From the NCBI GenBank assembly GCA_001603275.1, contig LUYM01000006.1, positions 450,532 through 474,531 of the forward strand: DNA of 24,000 nucleotides. The letters are read 5' to 3'. A program made the position numbers and the translations under genes. This DNA comes from Actinomycetales bacterium Actino_02 (GTDB lineage: Bacteria; Actinomycetota; Actinomycetes; Propionibacteriales; Propionibacteriaceae). The notes beneath the pieces were generated by a model. The model was not told the origin of the DNA, did not search any database, and saw only the letters and a list, made by a program, of their open reading frames with translations. Position 1 is the first letter of the stretch. Every line of letters starts with the position of its first letter. Positions 1 through 8,098 of this stretch are shown here, piece after piece.

Positions 1-526
1 GGCCGGACCGATCGGCTGCATCCACACTCGGATCGCCCGCGGCGTCCATGGTGCGGCCCGGGTCTTCCTGGTTGACGTGAACGCCGAGCGACTGGCGATG
101 TCGGCCGCCGCAGTGCATCCGGACGCCGTGATCGACGCCTCCCAGGTGGACGTGGTCGCCGAAGTGATGCGGCTCACCGAGGGCCGTGGCGCCGACGTGG
201 TGATCACCGCGACCGCGGCCAACATCACCCAGGAGCAGGCCATCGCAATGGCCGCCCGCAACGGCCGGATCTCGTTCTTCGGCGGGCTGCCCAAGACCAA
301 CCCCACGATCACCTGCGACTCCAACCTCGTCCACTACCGTCAGCTGCACATCCACGGCGCGAACGGCTCCGCTCCGGAGCACAACCGCAAGGCGCTGGCC
401 TACATCGCCTCGGGCCAGGTGCCGGTGAAGGATCTGATCACCGTCCACCTGCCGCTCGAGCGGGCCCTGGAGGCCTTCGAGATCGTGGCCAAGGGGCAGG
501 CGATCAAGGTCACCGTCGAGCCCTGA
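1..526 (+). CDS. Zn-dependent medium-chain dehydrogenase/reductase (sugar-alcohol/threonine dehydrogenase-like), C-terminal part; 5' end outside the window
   Basis: The frame is open from the window edge, with codons phased from nt 2. The translation starts AGPIGC, the GxGxxG Rossmann motif of MDR dehydrogenases, runs into the listed 149-aa ORF and ends at TGA 524-526. Confidence 0.85.
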   Translation, partial: AGPIGCIHTRIARGVHGAARVFLVDVNAERLAMSAAAVHPDAVIDASQVDVVAEVMRLTEGRGADVVITATAANITQEQAIAMAARNGRISFFGGLPKTNPTITCDSNLVHYRQLHIHGANGSAPEHNRKALAYIASGQVPVKDLITVHLPLERALEAFEIVAKGQAIKVTVEP

Positions 527-555
527 ATCAGCTCGGGCCGTCCCACCCCACGGTT

Positions 556-619
556 CGCGCCCCCGAAACTCACGGTTGCCCGCGAAGGTTCGCGGGCAGG
601 AGTGAGATTTGGGGGCGCG
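556..619. terminator. Nested hairpin between convergent genes (candidate bidirectional terminator)
   Basis: Outer arms 556-573 and 602-619 are complementary at 16 of 18 positions. An inner perfect 8-bp stem (577-584 / 591-598) closes a 6-nt loop. There is no U-tract, so this would be an I-shaped terminator at best. Confidence 0.4.
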
Positions 620-664
620 AGCGTGTTGAACGGGGCCGAAGGCGGACGACCTGAGGCAGGCGGC

Positions 665-1612
665 TCAGTCGTCGAGTGAGCGCGAACGATCCGGTGTGGT
701 CGTCGAGGTCACACTGATCGCGGCAACGTCGGACGGGCCTGGCATCGAACTGCCGGGTAGCAGCACCGCTGCCGAGCCGAAGGCCACTGCGGTCCTCAGT
801 GCAGCCTCCCGGTCAGCACCGGTGGAGACGGCGTGCAGGTAGCCGGCCAGCAGGGCGTCCCCGGCGCCGACGGTCGAGACCGGGCAGCCGATCTGCGAGG
901 AGGCGTGGACGGCGCCAGCGGCATCGACCAGGAGCGCGCCGTCGCGGCCGAGGCTGATCACCACCGTCTCGATCCCGCCTGCGACAAGGTCGGACGCCGC
1001 GTCGATGACGTCGGCGATCGAGGTGAGCTGGCGTCCGACCGCCTCGGCGAGTTCGATCCGGTTGGGCTTGATCAGAGCCGGCTTGGCGACCAGCGCCGCG
1101 GCCATGGGCTCACCGGAGGTGTCGACGGCCACGCGGACGCCACGGGTGTGGCAATGGCCGATCAGCTCGGCGTAGAAGGTGTCGTCCAGACCTGGCGGCA
1201 GCGATCCACAGCACACCAACCAACGTGCGTCCCGGCTGGTCGCCAGGGCCGCCTCGCGCAGAGCGTCCACTTCGGCTGCGGTGAGCACCGGGCCGGGCTC
1301 GTTCACCTTGGTGGTGGTTCCGTCGGTCTCGGCGATGGTGATGTTGGCCCGGATCGGCTCACTGATCGGCACAGCGGCCAAGGTCACCGGCTCACCCTCG
1401 AGCAGGTTCAGCATCAGCCGTCCATAGATGCCGCCCACCGGGAAGACGGCGGTGCTGGCGGTGCCGTTCGCGGCCAAGGCGCGGCTGACGTTCAGGCCCT
1501 TGCCGCCGGGATCCTCGCGGGATTCGGTGGCCCGCAGGACGGCGCCGCGCTCCAGCCGGGGGAGCGTGACGGTGCGGTCCACGCTCGGGTTCGGCGTGAG
1601 GGTGACGATCAT
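665..1612 (-). CDS. pfkB: 1-phosphofructokinase-family hexose kinase (PfkB/ribokinase superfamily)
   Basis: The N-terminus MIVTLTPNPSVDRT, then DPGGKGLNVSRAL and the C-terminal VSTVGAGDALLAGY, are typical of the 1-PFK/tagatose-6-P kinase family. I start it at ATG 1612, which forms an ATGA overlap with the upstream DeoR stop. The 36-codon Arg-rich extension in the ORF track is rejected. No PTS fruA is present in the window, so the substrate is uncertain. Confidence 0.88.
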   Translation of the reverse strand: MIVTLTPNPSVDRTVTLPRLERGAVLRATESREDPGGKGLNVSRALAANGTASTAVFPVGGIYGRLMLNLLEGEPVTLAAVPISEPIRANITIAETDGTTTKVNEPGPVLTAAEVDALREAALATSRDARWLVCCGSLPPGLDDTFYAELIGHCHTRGVRVAVDTSGEPMAAALVAKPALIKPNRIELAEAVGRQLTSIADVIDAASDLVAGGIETVVISLGRDGALLVDAAGAVHASSQIGCPVSTVGAGDALLAGYLHAVSTGADREAALRTAVAFGSAAVLLPGSSMPGPSDVAAISVTSTTTPDRSRSLDD

Positions 1613-2403
1613 GCGCGGATCACTTCGGGTCCGGCGGCGGATAGCTCGGCGGCCAAGGCGGCGTCCAGACCGGTGTCGGTGATCAGCACGTCTACTTCGC
1701 TGAGGCTGGCGAACCGGCACAGCTGGCTACGGCCGACCTTCGTGTAGTCGGCCAGGCAGACCACCTGCGCCGCTGCGTCCACCATGGCTCGCTTGATCTC
1801 GGCCTCGGCCTGGTCCGGCGTTGTCAGTCCGGCTTCTGGGGTGATCCCGTTGGCTCCGATGAAGGCGACATCGACCCGCAGACTGGCCAGCGCGGACGCC
1901 GTCCACGATCCCACCGCTGCGCCGGTGACGTTGCGGATGCGTCCGCCGAGCAGCATGAGCTCGACCCGAGGCAGGTCGACGAGCAGGCTGGCGGCCTGGA
2001 GCGAGTTGGTGACCACCGAGAATGCCTGGTCGGTCGGAAGTTGGCGAACCAGTTCCAGAGTGGTGGTTCCGGAGTCGATCAGGATCGAGCCGCCATCGGG
2101 CAGGTAGTCCCGCGCGATCCGACCGATCCGAGACTTCTGGCTGGCCTGGTGCTCGCGACGCGCATTGACGGTGGGCTCGTAGCCGAGTCGCTGGACGTGG
2201 ACGGCTCCGCCGTGGACTCGGCGCAGCTGCCCTTGCCGTTCCAGGATGCTCAGGTCGCGGCGAATCGTCTCGGTGGTCACCTCGAGTTCTTCGGCCAGGG
2301 CCGAGACCTCTACCCGCGAGCGGGCTCGCGCCTGTTCCAGGATCCGTAGGTGCCGTTCGTGGGGGAGCAGGCGACCCTCACCGCTGTCCTCTGTCGCGAC
2401 CAT
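1609..2403 (-). CDS. DeoR/GlpR-family transcriptional regulator
   Basis: There is an N-terminal HTH (RHLRILEQARARSRVEVSALAEELEVTTETIRRDLSILERQG) followed by a DeoR C-terminal sugar-phosphate sensor domain (GGSILIDSGTTT, AFIGANGIT). The stop overlaps the kinase start. Confidence 0.92.
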   Translation of the reverse strand: MVATEDSGEGRLLPHERHLRILEQARARSRVEVSALAEELEVTTETIRRDLSILERQGQLRRVHGGAVHVQRLGYEPTVNARREHQASQKSRIGRIARDYLPDGGSILIDSGTTTLELVRQLPTDQAFSVVTNSLQAASLLVDLPRVELMLLGGRIRNVTGAAVGSWTASALASLRVDVAFIGANGITPEAGLTTPDQAEAEIKRAMVDAAAQVVCLADYTKVGRSQLCRFASLSEVDVLITDTGLDAALAAELSAAGPEVIRA

Positions 2404-2565
2404 GAGACCAATCTACGCAGAAATCCACACGAACGCAGCAATTGCCACATGATCGTTTGAGTGATCTCGGCGAGTCTGCTGCGCAAATGTCCGGACATGA
2501 GCCGCCGCGCGCCCGGTGGACGGAGCCGACGGGCCGCGCCGACCCTCGCCGATAGGATCAGCGCC

Positions 2566-3846
2566 GTGGCGCAGACAGTACTGGTGATTGGAACTGGCGG
2601 ACGCGAGCATGCCCTGGCCTGGGCGCTCAGCAAAGACCCGGGAGTCACGCAGGTGCACATCGCGCCCGGCAATCCGGGGACGGCTGCGGTGGGCATCAAC
2701 CACCCGGTCGACCCGATGAGCCCGGAGGCCGTTGCGGCGCTGGCTGTCGAATTGGCTGCCGATCTGGTCGTGGTCGGCCCCGAGGCGCCACTGGTCGCCG
2801 GGGTTGCCGACGCGGTCCGCGCTGCGGGCATTCCGGTCTTCGGCCCGTCCGGGGCGGCCGCGCAGCTGGAAGGCAGCAAGGCGTTCGCCAAGGAGATCAT
2901 GGAGGCGGCCGGCGTCCCCACTGCGGACGCCCGGCTGTGCGTGAGCATGGACGAGGTGGTCGCCGCGTTGGACGAGTTCGGCCCGCCCTATGTGGTGAAG
3001 GACGACGGACTGGCCGCCGGCAAGGGCGTCATCGTCACCGACGACCGGGACGCGGCGATCCGGCATGCGGCCGGCTGCCGGAAGGTGATCATCGAGGAGT
3101 ACTTGGATGGTCCCGAGGTGAGCCTGTTCGCCCTCAGCGACGGCACTCACGTGCTGCCTTTCGAGCCGGCCCAGGACTTCAAGCGGGTCGGCGACGGCGA
3201 TGCCGGCCCGAACACCGGCGGAATGGGCGCCTACACCCCGCTGCCGTGGGCCCCGGTCGGGCTTACCGAGAAGGTGGTGGCGACCGTGATCCAGCCCACG
3301 ATCGACGAGTTGCGCCGCCGCGGCACCCCATTCGTCGGCCTGCTCTATGCGGGTCTGGCCCTGACCAGCCGCGGAGTGCGAGTCGTCGAGTTCAACGCGC
3401 GCTTCGGTGACCCGGAGACTCAGCCGCTGCTGACCAGGCTGAAGACCCCGCTCGGCGGAGCCCTGTACGCCGCAGCCACCGGCAAGCTGGACGAGCATCC
3501 GAGCCTGGAGTGGGGCAGTGGAGCCGCAGTCGGCGTGGTCATCGCCGCCCAGGGCTACCCGGAGTCGCCGCGCAAGGGCGATCCGATCACCGGCGCCGAG
3601 GCCGAGGGCGTCTTCCACGCCGGGACGGCACTGGACGCGTCCGGGCAGCTGGTCAGCGCCGGTGGCCGGGTGCTGACCGTGGTCGGCACTGGCGACACGC
3701 TGGCGGAGGCCCGCGAAGCGGCCTATGCGAAGGTGGCCACCATCGAGCTGCCGGGCGGCTTCCACCGCACCGACATCGCCCTCAAGGCGGCCGCGCAGCA
3801 GTTGGACGGAAATGGAACCGTCCCCGGCAAGGAGGAGCAGGCATGA
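2566..3846 (+). CDS. purD: phosphoribosylamine--glycine ligase
   Basis: Motifs seen are VLVIGTGGREHALAWAL, the ATP-grasp motifs VVKDDGLAAGKGV and GPNTGGMGAY, and FNARFGDPETQ. I chose GTG 2566 as the start (AGGA lies 8-12 nt upstream) because PurD proteins normally begin just before the VLVIG strand. ATG 2497 or GTG 2461 remain possible. Confidence 0.9.
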   Translation: MAQTVLVIGTGGREHALAWALSKDPGVTQVHIAPGNPGTAAVGINHPVDPMSPEAVAALAVELAADLVVVGPEAPLVAGVADAVRAAGIPVFGPSGAAAQLEGSKAFAKEIMEAAGVPTADARLCVSMDEVVAALDEFGPPYVVKDDGLAAGKGVIVTDDRDAAIRHAAGCRKVIIEEYLDGPEVSLFALSDGTHVLPFEPAQDFKRVGDGDAGPNTGGMGAYTPLPWAPVGLTEKVVATVIQPTIDELRRRGTPFVGLLYAGLALTSRGVRVVEFNARFGDPETQPLLTRLKTPLGGALYAAATGKLDEHPSLEWGSGAAVGVVIAAQGYPESPRKGDPITGAEAEGVFHAGTALDASGQLVSAGGRVLTVVGTGDTLAEAREAAYAKVATIELPGGFHRTDIALKAAAQQLDGNGTVPGKEEQA

Positions 3847-5267
3847 TTCCCAACGTCCTGGCTACCCGTTATGCGTCCGCAGCGATGCGTGAGATCTGGT
3901 CGCCGGAAGCCAAGATCACCGCCGAACGCAAGCTCTGGCTGGCGGTGCTGAAGGCCCAAGCCGAGCTCGGCGTCGACTTCGGCGGAGACGACCCGTCCGA
4001 AGTGATCGCCGACTACGAGCGAGTACTCGGGATCATCGATCTGCCCAGCATCGCCGAGCGCGAGCGGGTCACCCGGCACGACGTGAAGGCCCGGATCGAG
4101 GAGTTCAATGCTCTGGCCGGACGCGAGCACATCCATAAGGGGATGACCAGCCGCGACCTGACCGAGAACATCGAGCAGCGCCAGCTGCTCAGCTCGCTGG
4201 AGCTGATCCGCGAGCGGATCGTGACCGTGGCCGTCCAGTTGTCCCGGCTGGCTGTCCAGTACCGCGATCTGGCCATGGTCGGACGCTCGCACAACGTCGC
4301 CGCCCAGACCACGACCCTGGGCAAGCGATTCGCCAGTGCAACCGACGAGCTGCTGGTCGCCTACCGCCGCGTCGACGAACTGATCGGACGCTACCCGGCC
4401 CGCGGCATCAAGGGGCCGATGGGCACCGCCCAGGACATGCTCGACCTGCTCGACGGCGACACTCTCAAGCTCTCCGAACTGGAGGCCCGGGTGGCCGAGC
4501 ACCTCGGCTTCGCCACGGTGTTCACCGCCACCGGTCAGGTCTACCCGCGCTCGCTGGACTACGACGTACTGTCGGCGCTGGTCCAGGTGGCTGCCGGGCC
4601 GTCCAGCCTGGCCACCACGATCCGGCTGATGGCCGGTCAGGAGCTGGTCACCGAAGGCTTCAAGGAGGGCCAGGTCGGCTCGTCCGCCATGCCGCACAAG
4701 ATGAACACCCGTTCCTGCGAGCGGGTGAACGGGCTGGCCGTGCTGCTGCGCGGGTATGCCTCGATGGTCGGCGAACTGGCCGGCAACCAGTGGAACGAGG
4801 GGGACGTCTCCTGCTCAGTGGTTCGCCGGATCGCGCTGCCGGACGCCTGCTACGCCCTGGACGGGCTATTCGAGACCTTCCTGACCGTGCTTGCTGAGTT
4901 CGGTGCCTTCCCGGCGGTGATCGAGGCCGAGCTGCAGCGCTTCCTGCCGTTCCTGACCACTACCAAGGTGCTGATGGCTGCCGTCCGCAACGGGGTCGGA
5001 CGCGAGGTCGCCCACGAGGTGATCAAGGAGCATGCCGTGGCAGTGGCCCTGGGCATGCGGGCCGGCGGCGGCAACGATCTGATCGAACGGCTGGCCGCCG
5101 ATTCACGGCTGGGGCTCAGCCGCGAGCTGCTGGACGCGTCCCTGGCCGACCCGCTCAGCCTGACCGGCTCGGCCGGTGACCAGGTCGATCAGCTGGCCGC
5201 CACGGTCGCCGAACTGGCCAAGAAGCACCCGGCCGCTGCGGCCTACGTTCCCGGCGCGGTGCTGTGA
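3843..5267 (+). CDS. purB: adenylosuccinate lyase
   Basis: The protein starts MIPNVLATRYASAAMREIWSPEAK and carries the fumarate-lyase signature GSSAMPHKMNTRSCE. The ATG at 3843 overlaps the purD stop (ATGA). The upstream part of the listed 585-aa ORF is an out-of-context extension. Confidence 0.95.
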   Translation: MIPNVLATRYASAAMREIWSPEAKITAERKLWLAVLKAQAELGVDFGGDDPSEVIADYERVLGIIDLPSIAERERVTRHDVKARIEEFNALAGREHIHKGMTSRDLTENIEQRQLLSSLELIRERIVTVAVQLSRLAVQYRDLAMVGRSHNVAAQTTTLGKRFASATDELLVAYRRVDELIGRYPARGIKGPMGTAQDMLDLLDGDTLKLSELEARVAEHLGFATVFTATGQVYPRSLDYDVLSALVQVAAGPSSLATTIRLMAGQELVTEGFKEGQVGSSAMPHKMNTRSCERVNGLAVLLRGYASMVGELAGNQWNEGDVSCSVVRRIALPDACYALDGLFETFLTVLAEFGAFPAVIEAELQRFLPFLTTTKVLMAAVRNGVGREVAHEVIKEHAVAVALGMRAGGGNDLIERLAADSRLGLSRELLDASLADPLSLTGSAGDQVDQLAATVAELAKKHPAAAAYVPGAVL

Positions 5268-6082
5268 TCCAACCGCCCGGGCCGCCGGCTGAGCCGCGCG
5301 TGCTCGGGCTGGGTCGCGCGCAGGTGCTGCCCCTGTTGGCCGTGGGCTTGGTCTCCGGCTTCTTCGCCGGGCTGTTCGGGATTGGCGGCGGGCTGGTGAT
5401 CGTCCCCGCCCTGGTCGTGCTGCTGCGAATCGATCAGAAGCTGGCCGCGGGCACGTCCCTGCTGGCCATCCTGCCGGCGGCGAGCATTGCGGCCGCGTCC
5501 TATGCGCTCCAAGGCAGTATCGACTGGCCGGTCGCCGGACTGCTGGCGGTCGGAGCCATCGTCGGTGCCCAGCTTGGGGCGCGGCTGCTGCAGAGGATTC
5601 CGCGACGGGCGCTGCAGTGGATCTTCGTCGGGTTCGTGGCCGTGATGATCGTCCAGCTGATGCTCGTGATCCCCGACCGGGGCGCCGATCCGCGGATCGA
5701 TGTGGCGCGTGGTGCCGGGCTGATCGTGCTCGGGCTGGTGGCCGGACTGCTCTCCGCGATCCTGGGCATCGGTGGTGGCGGGGTGGTGGTTCCGGTGCTG
5801 ATGGTGTGGTTCGGTCTGGGTGATCTGGCGGCCAAGGGCGCCTCGCTGGTGATGATGCTGCCGGGCGTGATATCGGGCCTGACTGCCAACTGGCAGCTGC
5901 GCAACGTTGCCGTCCGGGCCGGGCTCGGAGTGGGGGCATCGTCCCTGGTCAGCAGCCCATTGGGGGCCTGGGTGGCGCACCTGATTCCGGCCCAGGCCGG
6001 CGCCTGGCTGTTTGCTGCCTTCCTGGCCTTCATCGGGGTCAGCATGTTGCGGGAGGCACTGCGTCCCTCGCCGGCTGTGTAG
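5264..6082 (+). CDS. TSUP (TauE/SafE, DUF81) family membrane permease
   Basis: The protein is polytopic and hydrophobic, with the duplicated TSUP motif (GLFGIGGGLVIVP and ILGIGGGGVVVPVL). GTG 5264 overlaps the purB stop (GTGA). GTG 5300 is an alternative start. Confidence 0.85.
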   Translation: MIQPPGPPAEPRVLGLGRAQVLPLLAVGLVSGFFAGLFGIGGGLVIVPALVVLLRIDQKLAAGTSLLAILPAASIAAASYALQGSIDWPVAGLLAVGAIVGAQLGARLLQRIPRRALQWIFVGFVAVMIVQLMLVIPDRGADPRIDVARGAGLIVLGLVAGLLSAILGIGGGGVVVPVLMVWFGLGDLAAKGASLVMMLPGVISGLTANWQLRNVAVRAGLGVGASSLVSSPLGAWVAHLIPAQAGAWLFAAFLAFIGVSMLREALRPSPAV

Positions 6083-6098
6083 CTGCTTTACTTATGCG

Positions 6099-7370
6099 GT
6101 GCCCCGTGTCCGTAACCCGCTGCTCCGCTCCCTGCTAGACCTGCGCGGCAACGGTCGCGCCTGCGTCTACACCGAGCCGATGTGGGGCCTGTCGATGATG
6201 CTGGTCCTGCCCTACGCCGGGGTCTACATGCTGGCGCTGGGCATCAAAGACCAGGAGATCGGCCTGCTGGCCACCATCTCGATGCTTTCCCAGGTCGTCT
6301 TCGGGCTGCTCGGCGGCGTCATCACCGACAAGCTCGGACGCCGCTTCACCACTGCGGCCTTCGACGTGGTCGCCTGGTCGATCCCGTGCCTGATCTGGGC
6401 CTTCGCACAGAACTTCTGGGCCTTCCTGATCGCCAGCCTGATCAATGGCGCCTGGCAGGTCACCCAAAACTCCTGGGACTGTCTGCTGGTCGAGGACGTC
6501 CCGCGCAGCGAACTGACCAAGGTCTACTCGCTGGTGAAAGCGGCCGGGGAGTTCTCGGCGCTGTTCGCCCCGATCGCGGCGATCCTGGTGGCCCAGTTCG
6601 GGCTGGTTCCGGCCGTCCGAATCCTCTACCTGAACGCCTTCGTGGTGATGACCGCCAAGGTGTTCATCCTCTACTTCTGGTCGACCGAGACCGAGGTCGG
6701 CCGTACCCGGCAGGAGCAGACCCGTGGGGTCAGTGTGTGGCGTCTGTTGCGCGACTATCGGGGCGTACTGGGCCTGATCATTCACTCCAAGGGGACGATC
6801 TTCTCCCTGGCTATCACGGCCGTGGTCGGTGCCGTGGTCCTGGTCAACGGCACTTTCTGGCAGATCGTGATCAACCAGCGCCTCGGCGTCCCGGATCCGC
6901 TGCTGCCGTTCTTCCCGATGGTCCGCTCGATCTTGTCGGTGATCTTCTTCTTCACGGTGATTCCGCGGCTGACCGCCGGGCCCAACCTGCGCCGTCCGAC
7001 CCTGATCGGCTTCGGCGGTTACCTGGTCGGACAGCTGCTGTTGGTTGCGATCCCGGTGCCCGGAGGGGCGGCCAATGCCACCACGTACGCACTGCTCGGC
7101 CTGTGCCTGCTGGCCGATGCCTTCGGTGCAGCCATGCTGGCCATGTTGGCCGAGTCGCTGGTGGCCCTGCACGTCGACCGGGACGAGCGCTCCCGGGTGA
7201 TGGCCATTCAGCGGACCGTCGTCATGCTGGCCACCGCCCCCTTCGGCTGGATCTCCGGCTGGCTGTCCGGAATGGACCGCAGCTGGCCGTTCCTCCTGAC
7301 CAGTGTGCTGTTGGTGCTGGGCCTGGTTCTTGCTGCGCGGCGCTGGGTGACCACTCACGACGAGGTCTGA
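6099..7370 (+). CDS. MFS transporter, substrate unknown
   Basis: About 12 predicted hydrophobic segments and an MFS motif-A-like GGVITDKLGRR. I start it at GTG 6099, just after the TSUP stop, to keep the N-terminal RNPLLRSLLDLRGNGRACVYTEPMWG segment. ATG 6180 is an alternative. No clear SD precedes either start. Confidence 0.85.
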   Translation: MPRVRNPLLRSLLDLRGNGRACVYTEPMWGLSMMLVLPYAGVYMLALGIKDQEIGLLATISMLSQVVFGLLGGVITDKLGRRFTTAAFDVVAWSIPCLIWAFAQNFWAFLIASLINGAWQVTQNSWDCLLVEDVPRSELTKVYSLVKAAGEFSALFAPIAAILVAQFGLVPAVRILYLNAFVVMTAKVFILYFWSTETEVGRTRQEQTRGVSVWRLLRDYRGVLGLIIHSKGTIFSLAITAVVGAVVLVNGTFWQIVINQRLGVPDPLLPFFPMVRSILSVIFFFTVIPRLTAGPNLRRPTLIGFGGYLVGQLLLVAIPVPGGAANATTYALLGLCLLADAFGAAMLAMLAESLVALHVDRDERSRVMAIQRTVVMLATAPFGWISGWLSGMDRSWPFLLTSVLLVLGLVLAARRWVTTHDEV

Positions 7371-7391
7371 GCGCGGCCAAATCAGCCGGTC

Positions 7392-7468
7392 GTGACCAGC
7401 AGCGCCACCGAACTGTCTGCCTCCTCAGTAGCGGGCAGTTCGTCCCCCAGTTCGGCGCTGCTGGTCAC
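7392..7468. terminator. Long hairpin 22 nt after the MFS stop (candidate operon terminator)
   Basis: There is a perfect 15-bp inverted repeat, gtgaccagcagcgcc (7392-7406) against ggcgctgctggtcac (7454-7468). It can be extended by ccgaactg/cagttcgg across a 3-nt bulge. No U-tract follows. Confidence 0.4.
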
Positions 7469-8098
7469 TGTGGACGCGAAGCTCCCCAATGACTTCGATG
7501 GGTCCACCTTTCCGGGCGGCTCGGCTCACACTCGGACCGTTCACCGCTGCCATCGTGGAAAGTCGAAGGTGGCAGTGCCGCCGGGTAACCCCTCCCGGTT
7601 CGGCGATGGTGAGGGTTGAGCCAGCTGACCGCGGGGTCCACCCACGGCGGCCTTGCGCAACGGGCGGTCGGGCAAGGCCGCCGATCCGGTGTATCCAGTC
7701 CGCATCGGCGGTCGAAGGGCTGGAGTGCCCAGACGGCAGTGGGGCAAGGATGGCCGTGGGCATCACCGGGGCGGGGGTGGAGCCTCGGATGGGCGTGCTG
7801 GCTGGTGCAACGCTCCCCGTTCGCAATCGAGGGTGCACGCCGCAGCGTGCGCGCGACAGTGGCCGGGTCGCCTGCCATGGGCGGTGTCTGGCGAAGCCAG
7901 GCCGCGCCCACGAGAGTCGCTCGAACCATGAGTCACCTCGAACTGTGAACGGGACGCCATTGCGTCCACGTCGATTCTGGGCGCCTGCGTCGCGCTGACC
8001 CGATCGCTGTCAAAGGACTTTTAGCCTGAGGGGTGGGGCCAAAACTGCGTACCCCATTGCCGCTCCGCCCGATTCGCGCAGCGGAAGAATCGCCATTC

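Noticed and set aside
833-1747. 304-aa plus-strand ORF (and smaller ORFs at 1179-1427 and 1428-1682) antisense to the kinase gene
   Set aside because: These are shadow ORFs typical of high-GC DNA. They are Arg/Gly/Asp-rich with no motifs and lie entirely inside a well-supported PfkB-family gene on the other strand.
2404-2470. PurBox-like ACACGAAC and duplicated ACGCAG (2415 and 2433) in the deoR/purD divergent spacer
   Set aside because: These are short motifs that could arise by chance. A Bacillus-type PurR system is not established for this kind of genome, and I cannot assign the sites to DeoR either.
2413-3765. 450-aa minus-strand ORF and several 70-212-aa ORFs overlapping purD
   Set aside because: They are antisense or off-frame shadows of purD, with low-complexity Arg/Gly/Ala composition. 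purD carries unambiguous family motifs.
3510-3842. 111-codon N-terminal extension of the purB ORF
   Set aside because: The extension overlaps the purD 3' end out of frame and is Arg/Gly-rich. The adenylosuccinate lyase alignment starts at MIPNVLATRY (ATG 3843).
6135-7492. 407-aa minus-strand and 436-aa plus-strand ORFs across the MFS gene
   Set aside because: Both are Arg/Pro/Gly/His-rich shadow frames. The MFS frame shows regular hydrophobic segments and motif A.
7921-7935. GGTTCGA (minus strand), a T-loop-like string suggesting a tRNA; a similar one occurs at 14068-14078
   Set aside because: The flanking bases cannot form a T-stem, and no acceptor, anticodon or D arms can be drawn.
7469-8030. 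RNase P RNA, tmRNA or cobalamin riboswitch in the ORF-poor region
   Set aside because: I checked by eye on both strands. There are partial resemblances: GGAAAGTC at 7557-7564, GGGTAAC at 7583-7589, and GCCACTG on the minus strand near 7857-7863. The diagnostic strings are missing. There is no GAGGAAAGTCCGGGC or ACAGAAnCCGGC for RNase P, no tRNA-like GGTTCGANTCC...CCA end or tag ORF for tmRNA, and no GGGAA..GGTG..AATCC core for cobalamin.
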